Shown in pieces: positions 8,251 to 19,500 of a DNA stretch of 64,000 bases (position 1 is the stretch's first letter; the number at the start of each line of letters is the position of its first letter). The position numbers and the translations under genes are program-made. The notes beneath the pieces were generated by a model, which saw only the letters and a list, made by a program, of their open reading frames with translations, searched no databases and had not been told where the DNA came from. Source of the stretch: Bacteroidales bacterium (GTDB lineage Bacteria; Bacteroidota; Bacteroidia; Bacteroidales; SZUA-534). The stretch lies in assembly GCA_046704385.1 (NCBI GenBank), contig JBJKSB010000079.1:51427-115426 (forward strand), given 5' to 3'.

Positions 8251-9171
8251 TTATTTATTTTCCCAAGGTACGATTGCCGAGGCATAGGATACAGCCGAAG
8301 CTCCAAAAAATCCCAAGCCCCCATTTGAAATATTGGTGGGCGGATTGGCCGGAGCCGGATGGAACACCCCGGCAGCGTAATTTAACTGGTTTATTAATGC
8401 CTGGTAATAATCGTAGGCCTCTTTGGTAATGGATTGCATCCTAATTGCTACTTCATAACCCGGCCAAAGAAAGTAATTCGCATTTAACCAGTATCTTTCA
8501 ATAAATATACCTTCATGAACATTAAGTTCGGCATGCTTTCCATTAATATATTCATCTGAAAAAAGTGAAATCATCCATCCTTCACCTCCTCTGGCAACCG
8601 TCCATCCTACCCTTTGTCCTAGGCTATCTAAAATAGCATATGCTTCTCTGAAAAGGTAGTAATTTTCCTCATCCCCCGGATCGTTAAAATTCACCAGTGG
8701 AACAAACAGGTTTGCATTTTCTTTGCTTACCCTTTTTCTACCAAACGATATTGAATCAAGAACTGGAACAGGAGGCATAAATGCTTCAGCTTCATAGACT
8801 TTATCATTATATTCTACTCTTAAATAATAGGTTTCACCGGGAATACCCTTTATTTTATCTGTTATATAATAACCTGTCCAGTCATCTATATATTTTTCAT
8901 GTACCAATGTATCATTGGGTTGCGAAGTACTGCTGAGAATCACTACAGCGTTTTCTATAAGGTTTCCCTGGGGCCTGTAATCGGAATATATATCCAAAAC
9001 GGGCTTATTGAGACTCTCGGAAACAATTATCCGTTGAGGTTCATCAGAATTTATCACCCAACCTTCTATCACAATAGTCGGATTATCATTAAAATTGATA
9101 TTAAAATCATCCTCACAATTTGTGAATAACAGATATATCAATATCAACACTGGGAATACAATTTTATTCAT
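8251..9171 (-). CDS. DUF4249-family lipoprotein (partner of a TonB-dependent receptor)
   Basis: Lipoprotein signal ...LLFTNCEDD. Size and position immediately after a CarboxypepD_reg-type TBDR match the usual DUF4249 context. The family was recognised from memory, not from a search. Confidence 0.55.
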   Translation of the reverse strand: MNKIVFPVLILIYLLFTNCEDDFNINFNDNPTIVIEGWVINSDEPQRIIVSESLNKPVLDIYSDYRPQGNLIENAVVILSSTSQPNDTLVHEKYIDDWTGYYITDKIKGIPGETYYLRVEYNDKVYEAEAFMPPVPVLDSISFGRKRVSKENANLFVPLVNFNDPGDEENYYLFREAYAILDSLGQRVGWTVARGGEGWMISLFSDEYINGKHAELNVHEGIFIERYWLNANYFLWPGYEVAIRMQSITKEAYDYYQALINQLNYAAGVFHPAPANPPTNISNGGLGFFGASAVSYASAIVPWENK

Positions 9172-9181
9172 AATTTATATT

Positions 9182-11794
9182 TTAAAACTTAATACTGTAT
9201 GATACAAAAGGGAGTGCACCGAAAAGATAAAGCTGCTTAGTCACACCAAATATTCTATAGTCCCAGATTCCCCATTCATCTACATTTACACCAAGAGGTG
9301 CTGAATAGAAGAAAACAGCAAAAGTATTCTTCCGGTTATAAACATTATTCACTCCAAAACTCCATTCGGAAACCCAATTTCTATTTTCTTTGGGTTTACT
9401 TTGCCGGGTAAAGGCAATATCCAGCGTATGATAAGCAGGTAACCGGTATCCGTTTCGCGAGGAATAAATGGCAAAGGGAATATCTTCATAAAAATAATAA
9501 CCTGTCATTATGGTAGTAGCAGCCCCCGATTTATAGGTAAAATTAGCCATAGCCACCCATCGTTTGCCCAATTGCAGGTTTATGTTGGCATTTAAGAGAT
9601 GTCGATTATCGTTTGCAAAAGGATAAGTTGCTCCATTATTCACTCCCGGTATGTTTTTTTCAGCTTTGGCCAGCGTATAACTAACATTGCCGGTGAATTT
9701 TCCCTGCTTTTTTGAAAGCATTAATTCCAGCCCGTAAGCCTGTCCCTCTCCAGCTCGGATCTGTGTTTCAATATTCTCCTTTAAAAACAGGTCGGCATTG
9801 TCGATAAAATCAATAATATCATGCATTTTTTTATAATATACCTCGGTGCTGAACTCCAAATTTCCTTTAAATACATCAGTGTAGTACCCTAATGAAAGCT
9901 GGTCGGCCGACTGTGGTTTGATGTTCACATCAGATGGCAGCCATATATCTGTAGGAAAACCTATGCTGGCGTTTTTTAACAGGTGCAAATACTGGTAGGT
10001 TCGCGAATACGCAAATTTAGCTGAGCTGCTATTGCTCAATGCATAACTAAAAGTAAAGCGCGGTGCCAAACCCGGGTAATTTTTACCTAACTTAACCCCA
10101 TCGCGGTTATAATGGGTATAAAAATCATTCAAACGCAAACCACTTTCCATCGTAAATTTCTCTCTTGAAAATTTATGACTGATAAACATAGATTGTTCCC
10201 AAGCATTTTTACGTTCGAGTTCGTAACCTAATACCGATGAGGCTGTATCAAGCGGTTCAATTCTGCCCGGCTGAAATCCATGCCGGTTCACAGAAAAACC
10301 AAATTTAATTCTGTTTTGTGCATTCACATACCAATCGAAATCAGATTTTATATCAAATTCGCGCATCCCTCCATCCCAGTTATAACTATAACCATTATCT
10401 GTAAAGAGATAGGTGTATTTATAATTGCTGTACACCAGGCTGGTATTCGAAAATAATTTATGATTGTAAATATGATTCCAGCGTAAGGTGGCTGTTGAAT
10501 TTCCCCATTCAATACTGCTTTTTTTATTGATCATGGGATAAAAAAAGTAATCATGTCCGAAATAACCAGAGAGAAACAACTGGTTTTTATTATCCAGGCG
10601 GTGGTTTACTTTCGCATTAAAATCCCAGAAGTTAATTTTGGTATCATCCGGATAGTTATTAAATGCAGGAATAGTCAAAAGTTCTGTCCCATTAGCTAAT
10701 AAATTACCTAAATTGGGTACCAAACTGGTATTAGCGTATCGCCCGGAAACCAATATGGACGTGTTTTCATTTTTAACAGGAGTTTCAATTGTTAGCCGAC
10801 TTGCATACAGATTCACATTTGCTGTTACCGAAAGCTTTTTGCGGTTGCCTTCTTTCATCCGGATATCAATAACAGATGACAACCGGCCTCCAAAATTTGC
10901 CGGAATATAACCTTTATAAAAATCAGCCTGGATAACTGCATCGGGATTAAATACCGAAAAAAATCCCAATACATGGGTAGGGTTATAAACCGGGGCTTCA
11001 TCCAGTATAATCAGGTTTTGATCGAAGGTTCCGCCACGGACGCTGATTAATGAAATTCCATCATTAACAGATTGCACCCCGGGTAAATGCTGAAATCCCT
11101 TCAGAACATCCACCTCCCCCAAAAAAGCAGGTAATGATTCAATTTCTTTTATCGTCAGATGTTCTTTGCCGGCCATATAGTCCCGCGTTTTTGAACACCT
11201 AAGATCCTGAACCACTTTGACTTCTTCTAACCGGTTATCCGATTCATCAAGTTTTATCAATTGAGTCTGGTCTTCCTGCGCTGAAACTTCAATAGTCTTG
11301 GTTTTGAATCCTACATAAGTTATTATTATTGTGCTTTCACCAACGGGCATCGACAGCGAATAAAATCCGTAATTATTTGATGAGGTTCCCAAAAAGTTAT
11401 CGGCCAGGCGGATATTTGCCCCTGGCAATGCTTCGCCGGTGCTGGCATCAAGTATATAACCGCTAATGGTAACCTTTGAGGACTTTTCTTTTCCCTTAAG
11501 CACAATCTGCCCTTTTACAATTTTATATTCCAGGCCGGCCTCCTTACATATCTGGTCAATAATTTCCTGTAGCGTTATCGAAAACTCACTAAATTCCAAC
11601 GCATTTTTATGGTCCAGAATCTTAGCATTGTATGCAAATTTTATCTTATAATTGGTTTCTAAAAACGCTATCATATCCTTTACCAAATACTTTTTGTTTT
11701 CGAGTTGAATTTTTTGATCCAGGTTAAGAGCCTGCGAATACAAGCTCATCGAAATTATAAGCTGAACCAGAACCAAGGCAGTTTTTTTTATCAT
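9182..11794 (-). CDS. TonB-dependent receptor/transducer with an N-terminal STN signalling domain and a CarboxypepD_reg-like domain
   Basis: Signal peptide; STN-like region (LVKDMIAFLETNYKIKFAY...KIVKGQIVL); carboxypeptidase-regulatory-like fold (ISGYILDASTGEALPGANI); plug (LPGVQSVNDGISLISVRGGTFDQNLIILDEAPVYN); long barrel ending ...SYSIKF. Confidence 0.85.
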   Translation of the reverse strand: MIKKTALVLVQLIISMSLYSQALNLDQKIQLENKKYLVKDMIAFLETNYKIKFAYNAKILDHKNALEFSEFSITLQEIIDQICKEAGLEYKIVKGQIVLKGKEKSSKVTISGYILDASTGEALPGANIRLADNFLGTSSNNYGFYSLSMPVGESTIIITYVGFKTKTIEVSAQEDQTQLIKLDESDNRLEEVKVVQDLRCSKTRDYMAGKEHLTIKEIESLPAFLGEVDVLKGFQHLPGVQSVNDGISLISVRGGTFDQNLIILDEAPVYNPTHVLGFFSVFNPDAVIQADFYKGYIPANFGGRLSSVIDIRMKEGNRKKLSVTANVNLYASRLTIETPVKNENTSILVSGRYANTSLVPNLGNLLANGTELLTIPAFNNYPDDTKINFWDFNAKVNHRLDNKNQLFLSGYFGHDYFFYPMINKKSSIEWGNSTATLRWNHIYNHKLFSNTSLVYSNYKYTYLFTDNGYSYNWDGGMREFDIKSDFDWYVNAQNRIKFGFSVNRHGFQPGRIEPLDTASSVLGYELERKNAWEQSMFISHKFSREKFTMESGLRLNDFYTHYNRDGVKLGKNYPGLAPRFTFSYALSNSSSAKFAYSRTYQYLHLLKNASIGFPTDIWLPSDVNIKPQSADQLSLGYYTDVFKGNLEFSTEVYYKKMHDIIDFIDNADLFLKENIETQIRAGEGQAYGLELMLSKKQGKFTGNVSYTLAKAEKNIPGVNNGATYPFANDNRHLLNANINLQLGKRWVAMANFTYKSGAATTIMTGYYFYEDIPFAIYSSRNGYRLPAYHTLDIAFTRQSKPKENRNWVSEWSFGVNNVYNRKNTFAVFFYSAPLGVNVDEWGIWDYRIFGVTKQLYLFGALPFVSYSIKF

Positions 11795-11809
11795 ACAGGT
11801 ATTTTAAGG

Positions 11810-12775
11810 TTAATATATTTTAATTTGATGGGGTTGAATTTCATAGTGCATTTCAGGAACCAAATCAGTAAATAACTTAAGTACTTCATCAACCTTCATA
11901 TTATCGAAATAGAGGCTAAGTTTGGTTTGATTATATTTGGGGTCTACTACAAACGGCGTATTATAAAAATCTCCTAATTGTCTGGCAATCTCAGTCAATG
12001 TTGTATTGTGAAAATTAAAAACACCTGAGCTCCATCCAAACTGATTCGCATCATAGTGAGTATCCTTCATTCCTTCATTTAAATCATAATTGGCAGACAT
12101 ACCTTTGGTAAGGACCCTTGTGGATTTATCCTTCAGGAAGCGATAAGCCACCTTACCTTCATCGACCATAACAGTAGAATTTTCGCAATTTGTACTGACA
12201 TAAAATTGGGTTCCCAACACAGTAACATCACAGGTTCCCAGGTTAACCACAAACTTCGGCCTTTGATGTTTGGTAACCCGGAAGAAAGCCTCGCCGCTTA
12301 ATTGTACCTCACGGTTTAAATAGCCATAGAACCTTGAAACCCTAAAGCTGGCACCTTTGTGGATATCCACTTCGGTTTGATCCGAAAGCATTATTTCCTG
12401 ATTCACTTCCTGAGCTACATATGTTTTATACCAAAGCGTATCTGATTGTTTTAAAAGATATCCTAATGCTATAAAAACGAGTACTGCAGCTGCATATTTC
12501 AGCCAACCGGCCATAGAAGTTCTTTTCTGCAATTTTATACGCTGTCTGAGTTTCGCCAGCTCCTCAATTTTATTTACCGGTACCGGTTTTTCTATTGACG
12601 AATTCAATAACAGGATTAACTCCCTGGCTAATTCAATTTCATGCTGAAGTTGCGGGTTTTGTGCAATAAAATTTTTCCATCGGTTTTCGTTATCGATACC
12701 TGAAAGGATATAATCCAAAAATTCGGGATCCAAAACAAAATCTTCAGCGTTCTTTAAATGGTTGAATTTTTCCAT
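11810..12775 (-). CDS. FecR-family anti-sigma factor / transmembrane sensor
   Basis: Single central TM (LKYAAAVLVFIALGYLL) and a FecR-like periplasmic domain (LSGEAFFRVTKHQRPKFVV...TVLGTQFYV). It lies between the ECF sigma and the STN-TBDR. Confidence 0.8.
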   Translation of the reverse strand: MEKFNHLKNAEDFVLDPEFLDYILSGIDNENRWKNFIAQNPQLQHEIELARELILLLNSSIEKPVPVNKIEELAKLRQRIKLQKRTSMAGWLKYAAAVLVFIALGYLLKQSDTLWYKTYVAQEVNQEIMLSDQTEVDIHKGASFRVSRFYGYLNREVQLSGEAFFRVTKHQRPKFVVNLGTCDVTVLGTQFYVSTNCENSTVMVDEGKVAYRFLKDKSTRVLTKGMSANYDLNEGMKDTHYDANQFGWSSGVFNFHNTTLTEIARQLGDFYNTPFVVDPKYNQTKLSLYFDNMKVDEVLKLFTDLVPEMHYEIQPHQIKIY

Positions 12776-12841
12776 TGCTTATAACATTTTAACCTAAAGA
12801 CAAGGGTAAAATGATTTTGTACTCACGGAAATGAAATTTTT

Positions 12842-13384
12842 TTAAACCGACAGAAAAAATAAATTCAACAACATTTTTTCACGCAGTTTGATCATGGCCC
12901 GGTGCAAATTATTCCGCACTGACTGATTATTCTGGTTCATGATAACTGCAATTTCATCGATATCAAGTCCCTGAAAATATTTAAGATAGATAGCTTCGCG
13001 CTGTTTGGCGGGTAATTCATTTAATACGTTTGTCAGTTTAAACTTCTTTTCCATCAGATCGTCGGGCTCTGGATTAAAATCGTCAGGAAAATAAATAAAT
13101 ATATTTTCGTTGAATTCATCGGTGAGTTGAAAGGATTTTTGCTTTTTATTAAGCCAGATATTACGAAGCGATTTAAAGAGATAAGCTTTTATATTATCAA
13201 CCGATACTAACCGTGTATGGTTTTTCCATAAATTATAAAATAATTCCTGGATGGTATCTTTAATGGTATCGGTATCATTCTCAAATCGACTGGCATAGCG
13301 ATATAAGCTGTCGTAATAATCTGAAAACAGTTTTGAAATTGCTTGTTCACTACCCTGAATCAGGTTTTGCCAATCGGTATGCAT
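12842..13384 (-). CDS. ECF (sigma-70 family) RNA polymerase sigma factor
   Basis: 180 aa, with region 2 (LYRYASRF...DTIQELFYNLW) and a region 4 HTH (LPAKQREAIYLKYFQGLDIDEIAVIMNQNNQSVRNNLHRA). Confidence 0.85.
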   Translation of the reverse strand: MHTDWQNLIQGSEQAISKLFSDYYDSLYRYASRFENDTDTIKDTIQELFYNLWKNHTRLVSVDNIKAYLFKSLRNIWLNKKQKSFQLTDEFNENIFIYFPDDFNPEPDDLMEKKFKLTNVLNELPAKQREAIYLKYFQGLDIDEIAVIMNQNNQSVRNNLHRAMIKLREKMLLNLFFLSV

Positions 13385-13604
13385 TTATGCTTTGAAATTT
13401 GAGCTAAATTTTTTCTAAAGTACGGTTTTTAAAAATAATCAAAACTTATTATCGAATTTCTCAGGATGCTTAAAATTCGCAGGTCTCTTTCACAATGGGT
13501 TGATGGTCATCGGATAACGACTAAAATATAAGCACCAATTGAATTGAGCGAATTACCTATAAACCAACAAGTCACCGGATGACATGCGGGAACAAGGGGA
13601 TAAA

Positions 13605-13638
13605 CAAAAAAGGCTGCATCTCCTCTGAGAAACAGCCT
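13605..13638 (-). terminator. Intrinsic terminator downstream of the MFS transporter gene
   Basis: The minus strand forms a roughly 12-bp stem (aggctgtttctc / gagatgcagcct, loop agag, one mismatch) followed by tttttt. It is 21 nt past the stop codon. Confidence 0.8.
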
Positions 13639-13658
13639 ATTTCCTTTACTATAATATA

Positions 13659-14975
13659 TTAAGCCGCAGCCAGCTCTTCAACTTTATGCCCTTTCCATCC
13701 GTAATAGGCAATATAAATATAACACAACACCGGTAATATAAATGAGTGGTGCAGGCCTATGCTTGAATCGGCAATTAAACCCTGAATAAGTGGAATTAAA
13801 GCTCCACCAACAATGGCCATACATAATATTCCTGAACCCTGGGCTGTGTGAATGCCAAGCTTTTTGATAGCCAGGGTAAAAATGGTCGGAAACATAATGG
13901 AATTAAAGAAACCCACAGCCAGTATGGTATACATAGCCAGAGGACCGGAAATGGTCATGGTGATCAAAACCAGCACCACCGCAACAATACCATTTATGGT
14001 TAAAATTTTACCTGGATTTACTTTTTGCATAATGGCAGCACCCAGGAACCGGCCAACCATGGCACCTCCCCAATAATAAGCAATCATTTGGCCTCCGGTA
14101 GCTTCATCCATACCTGAAATTTCAGGCAAAGCAAAAAACTTCACCAAAAAACTACCAATAGCCACTTCAGCACCTACATAAACAAAAATACCAATGGCCC
14201 CTAAAACGAGGTGTTTGTATCCCCAGGCTGATTTATGCTTAGCTTCAATAGAACTTACAGCTGCTTCAGGTTTTTCTTCTTCACTATTTAATATTTTAGG
14301 CAATTTTACGAAAGCAATTACAGCAGCCAATAAAAATAAGGCCGCAGCCAGCATTAGATAAGGATTTTGCACAGTGGCAGCTTCGGCAGCCTGATAAGCT
14401 GTTAATTCAGCTCCGCTTAAACTTTTTACATCAACCACACCAGCTGTGGCAACAGCCAGAATTAAAGCAGAACCGATAGGTCCGGCAATAGTGGTACCTA
14501 ACGAGTTAAACGCCTGAGTAAGATTCAAGCGGCTTGATGCAGTTTCCGATGGCCCTAAAATGGAAACGTATGGATTTGCAGCAACCTGCAACAAAGTTAT
14601 ACCTGACGCTAATACAAAAAATGCAAATAAAAAGAATGGATATGAACGTAATCCGGCAGCCGGGTAAAACAATAAGGCCCCGATAGCTGCAATAATTAAA
14701 CCACTAACGATCCCTTTTTTATATCCGATTTTACCAACGAAAAAACCCGAAGGCATCGACATAATCGCATACGCTGTAAAAAATACAAACTGAACCAACA
14801 TGCCTTCAGCATAGGTTAAGCTGAAAACATTCATTAAATGCGGGATCAATATATCATTCAAACATGTAATAAAACCCCACATGAAAAATAAAGAAGTTAA
14901 GACGATTAATGGCAAGGTGTAATTGCCTTTCTCGCCTGATTGAATTCCCGAAGAGGGAGCTGAAAATCCTGCCAT
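13659..14975 (-). CDS. Sugar MFS transporter, FucP/GluP (glucose/galactose-fucose) family
   Basis: 12-TM MFS. The N-terminal block LFFMWGFITCLNDILIPHLMNVF is typical of GluP/FucP-type permeases. Confidence 0.8.
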   Translation of the reverse strand: MAGFSAPSSGIQSGEKGNYTLPLIVLTSLFFMWGFITCLNDILIPHLMNVFSLTYAEGMLVQFVFFTAYAIMSMPSGFFVGKIGYKKGIVSGLIIAAIGALLFYPAAGLRSYPFFLFAFFVLASGITLLQVAANPYVSILGPSETASSRLNLTQAFNSLGTTIAGPIGSALILAVATAGVVDVKSLSGAELTAYQAAEAATVQNPYLMLAAALFLLAAVIAFVKLPKILNSEEEKPEAAVSSIEAKHKSAWGYKHLVLGAIGIFVYVGAEVAIGSFLVKFFALPEISGMDEATGGQMIAYYWGGAMVGRFLGAAIMQKVNPGKILTINGIVAVVLVLITMTISGPLAMYTILAVGFFNSIMFPTIFTLAIKKLGIHTAQGSGILCMAIVGGALIPLIQGLIADSSIGLHHSFILPVLCYIYIAYYGWKGHKVEELAAA

Positions 14976-15140
14976 AAAGTAGTTTTTTTTAAATTAATTG
15001 TTAAAAATGAGGCTTTAAATATAGGATTTTTTGGACAATAAGCTTCCCCTCAAAACTACTCGAATTAAATTTTAAAATAAAAATTAAAAAGTCATCAGAC
15101 CTCAAAGGCCAAGAAACACTATATATTAGTATTTTACAAA

Positions 15141-15176
15141 TTAGTGAGTTTTGGTGATTTTGTGTTTTAGTGGCAA
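15141..15176. repeat. Phased TTnGTG short repeat (family 2-like)
   Basis: The sequence ttagtgagttttggtgattttgtgttttagtggcaa has four TTnGTG units spaced about 7-10 nt apart, in the spacer between the MFS start and the tolC-like stop. Confidence 0.4.
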
Positions 15177-15218
15177 TAAAAATACTTTTGATGCAGCCCC
15201 AAGCTGTTCATTTCATAT

Positions 15219-16532
15219 TTAAAACTTCATATTTAAAATATCGCCGGTAAGTTTAAATAAGGCCAGTTCATAAATTTTGACCTGGTATTTCGACTGGTTG
15301 TACCGCGTTTCAGCTCTTAATAAATTTAATTGCGCCTGCCTGTATTCCACCGATGTTAACTGGCCTAACTGGTATTGCTCTTCGGAGCGATCAAAATTCC
15401 TTTTGTTTGTCGACAGATTGGCTTTATCGGCTTCCAGCACAAAAAGCGAATTTTTGTATGTGGTGTAGGCGTTTATAACATCGCGTTCCACTTGTTTTTG
15501 GGTTTGTTCCTGCTGCACCCTGTTGGTTTCTTCAGCAATTTTTGCATTTTGTATTCCAACACGGGTATAGCCCCCGTCAAAAATATTCCAGGTGAGGCTC
15601 AGTTCGGCTTGCGGCCCCACCAGGGTTTGTTTTTCAATGGGACTCATGTCGTTATTGTGTGAATTATTCCATACATAACTTCCGCTTAAACCGACAGTAG
15701 GAATCCGGTTTGTTTTTAACAGCTTTGTATTAAAACCTGAAAGCTCCAGATTTTTTTGAGCTGCTAGCAGCCTGATATTTTCATCCTGCGCTTTAACAAG
15801 AAGTGTGTCAAGACTAAACAACACCTGGTAGTTTATAGTAGTATCAATTGAAAAATCAAGCGTGACTTCCCTACCCATTAAAACATTCAGGTTCCGGCGG
15901 GCATTGGCCAGACTTTGTTTTGAGTTTAATAAATTAATACTATCAGTATTCACATCAACTTCGGCATTTAATACATCGAGCTCTGTGTTTTTACCATAAT
16001 CGGCACTGTATCGGGCACGTAACAACCTAACCTTTGAAATACCCAGTGTTTCTTTCAGACTTTGTGTCGATTCCGTTAGACTAGCCACATTATAATATGA
16101 AGTAAACAGCTCCAGCAAGGAACTCTCGATTACCTGCCTTACCTGCAATTTTGAAAGGTTATACAACTCTTTTGATTTCTCAAAATTGTACGACCGGTAC
16201 ATTCCATCAAATAAGGTATAGTTTAAATTAAGGCTTGCACTGTAGCTAAGCGTGTTTAAGCCGTTCACATCAGTACTTGAGCCATCATAATAATTTGATG
16301 AATTATGTGATGACTTATAACCTGCAGCCGACCGGCCATTAACTGTCGGCAAATATCCATTTGCAGATATACTTGTGTTATTTTTAGCTTCACGGCTACT
16401 ATTTTCAGCAACTTTTATATTATAGTCGTTTTCGAGCAGTATTTTAACTGCATCGCTCAGCCTTAAAAGGTCCTGAGCCTCATTAATAAATGGAAAAGCA
16501 ATTATAATTAATGTAAATAATATCTTATTCAT
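15219..16532 (-). CDS. TolC-family outer-membrane efflux protein
   Basis: Signal peptide MNKILFTLIIIAFPFINEAQ and two OEP-type repeats. It is the last gene of the RND operon, and its start overlaps the RND pump stop by 8 nt. An internal ATG was chosen as the start. Confidence 0.8.
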   Translation of the reverse strand: MNKILFTLIIIAFPFINEAQDLLRLSDAVKILLENDYNIKVAENSSREAKNNTSISANGYLPTVNGRSAAGYKSSHNSSNYYDGSSTDVNGLNTLSYSASLNLNYTLFDGMYRSYNFEKSKELYNLSKLQVRQVIESSLLELFTSYYNVASLTESTQSLKETLGISKVRLLRARYSADYGKNTELDVLNAEVDVNTDSINLLNSKQSLANARRNLNVLMGREVTLDFSIDTTINYQVLFSLDTLLVKAQDENIRLLAAQKNLELSGFNTKLLKTNRIPTVGLSGSYVWNNSHNNDMSPIEKQTLVGPQAELSLTWNIFDGGYTRVGIQNAKIAEETNRVQQEQTQKQVERDVINAYTTYKNSLFVLEADKANLSTNKRNFDRSEEQYQLGQLTSVEYRQAQLNLLRAETRYNQSKYQVKIYELALFKLTGDILNMKF

Positions 16533-19500
16533 GATCGTTCGCTTTAAGTTCTTTAATTGACCTTTCCACTTCCTCTTTGCTTGGTTTTGTTCCGGTAAAC
16601 CAGTAAATAACATTGGTACGCGTGGAATTTCCAATCGATAAAAGAAGAGGTAACATCAATAGGTTTAAAAAAGTAGCAATGGCAATACCATAAGCCACTG
16701 AAACAGCCATTGGTATTAAAAACTGAGCCTGGCGGCTGGTCTCAAAAATCAGTGGAGCCAATCCGCCGACAGTGGTTACTGAGGTTAAAAATATTGCCCT
16801 GAACCTTGATTTTCCGGCATCCACCAGGGCATCGTTAAACTTCATGCCATCACGTAAGTTGCCGTTAAATTTCTCGATAAGGACAAGGCCGTCGTTAACC
16901 ACAATCCCCACCAGGGCAATAATACCCAGAAACGAAAGCATGTTTACAGGCAATCCGTGAATCCAGTGCCCCCAGGCTACGCCTATCAGGCTAAAGGGGA
17001 TCATCATAATCAGCATAAATGGTTGTTCGTACGACCTAAATGTAAAGGCGATAATGGCATAAATCAGGAACAGGATTACCGGCACAACCGTTTTGGCCGA
17101 CTGGCTGGTTTTGGTGGCTTCGCGGTTTTGCCCTTCAAATATTGCAGAAACACTTGGGTAACGCGCCTTAATTTTCGGGAAAATTACATCACGTATTTCA
17201 GCTGTAGCATCTGTTGCACTTTCTTTTCTGTTGATCATATCAGCCTCAACCTTAATTTCGCGCTTACCATCAAGGTGGTTGATGGCAATTTCGCCCCGTT
17301 CAATATTATAATAGGCAATTTCATTAAGCGGAACTCTCGCCCCCGATGGGGTAACAATCCGCATATTAAACAAATTACTGATGGAAGACCTTGTCTTACG
17401 TTCGTAACGCACCCATACTTTTATTTCGTCCTGCCCACGCTGAAAACGTTGCACCTGCATTCCAAAGAAACCACTGCGAACCTGACCCATAACATCATTT
17501 AGGCTTAAACCCAGCATATGGGCTTTTTCTTTGAGTTTAATCCTGATTTCTTTAATCCCCTGCGGGTCATCATCGGTAACGTTTTTCAACTTGGGATTAT
17601 TCGACATTATCGACTTGAGCTCGTCCTTAGCCGCTTTTAAATCGGCTATGTTTTCACCAATAATTGATACTGACACCGGACGGCCTCCAAAGTTGGTACC
17701 TGCTCCATAGTTCAGGTTTTCCGCCTCGGGTATGGGCCCCACTTTTTGCTGGATGGCATTGGCAATTTCATCGGAATCAAAATCGCGTTCTTCACCCGGC
17801 AACAGGTTTACCGTTAAAGTAGCATTGGCCGTGCCGGGACCGATTTTGCGGATAACATTTTCAACTACCGGAATATGTCCGGTTTGTTTCTCCGTTAATT
17901 CAGCATTTACCTCGTTTACGGCTTTTTCAATACGTTCGATATTGGCTGTCGTGATTTGTTCACTGGTACCCTGCGGCATATCAAGTGTAATAACTACGCG
18001 GTCGCTGGCAACCGATGGGAAAAAGGTAAATCGGATAACACCACCACCCATAGCACCTATGGTAATGATAAGTAAACTTATGGGTATGGCAATCCCCAAA
18101 ATCCGATTCTTTAGAAAAAAGGTGAGGTACGGACCATATAATTTATCACGCACCCAGTTCAGGAATTTATCAGCCCAGCGGTTGAACACATAAGTTTTTT
18201 GGTTAGGAGTAAGCGCCTTTGAGTGAGCCAGGTGGGCCGGAAGAATCAGCACAGCCTCAACCAAAGAAATACTTAATGTAATAATTACTACCGAGGCTAC
18301 CTGGCTGAAAAACTCACCCGATCGTCCATCGAGAAAATAAAATGCCAGAAATGCCACAACGGTGGTGAGGATAGCAGAACCAACAGGTGCAACTACCTCC
18401 ATTACTCCGTCAACAGCAGCCTGGATAGGTTTTTTCCCTTTTTGGAAATGATCATAAATATTTTCACCAATCACAATGCCATCATCCACCAGGATACCAA
18501 CCACCAGAATCATTCCGAAAAGCGAAAGAATATTGATGGTTATTCCCAAATGAGAGGCCATCATGAAAAATCCGAGAAATGCAACCGGTAAACCCATGGC
18601 AACCCAAAATGCTATACGTGGCCTCAGGAATAACGATAATAAAATTACGATTAATAAAAGACCATACCCGGCATTTTTTACCAGTAGTTTGGTCCTTTGC
18701 TTCAACACGGTTGCGCGGTTGCTGGTTATATTCAGCTTTATATCTTTATGGCTTTCATTAAAATCGGCAATATATTTTTCAGCCTTGCCGGCAATATTTA
18801 GAAAATCTTCATTATTTGTGGATTGTACATCGACCTCAACCGACAACTCACCATTGTAATACGATTTGTCAGGGGTTTCAGACCAACGATCGCGAACCGT
18901 GGCAACATCTTTCAAATAAACCACATGGCCTTTATAATTAGCCTTTACTATTACAAAATTCAATTCCTCACCGTGATAACTCCTGTTACGGGCCCGTATA
19001 AGGTATTCTTCCTCATCCGTTTTTACCGATCCCCCGGTAATCAAAAGGTTTGCCCGGGCCACGGCATCCGATATTTCTTTAAAAGTCAGATCGTAAGCGC
19101 GTAATTTATCTTCGTTAACCGCAATTTCAATCTCTTCAAGGGGAAACCCTGACAACTGAATTTGCGAGACACCATCCATAGCCCTGAAATCAGTCTCAAT
19201 ATCCCGGGCAGTGGCTTTCAGGGTAGTCAAAGGAACATTTTTTCCACTAACCACAAACGAAATAACATCCTGTATACCTTCCTGTTTAGATACTACGGGA
19301 GGCTCCATCCCGGAAGGAAATGACGGAACTTTATCCACTGCATTTTTAACGTTGGCCAGTATCACATTCACATCGTATCCTTTGAGTACTTCAACCGTAA
19401 TAGTTGCCGAATTTTCCATTGACCGCGAAGTAAACCGATCGATACCTACCAAGCCTTTCAGGTTGTTTTCAATTTTCAAAACTACCCCTTCTTCCATTTC

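Noticed and set aside
16957-18193. Long plus-strand ORFs (181 aa and 153 aa) antisense to the RND pump gene. Similar shadow ORFs occur at 3639-4043, 26253-26741, 36932-37291, 44054-44434 and 46088-46456.
   Set aside because: Each lies entirely inside, or largely overlaps, a much longer ORF with clear family motifs on the other strand or in another frame. Their translations are low-complexity or Arg/Ser/Pro-rich with no recognisable domains. They are typical shadow ORFs.
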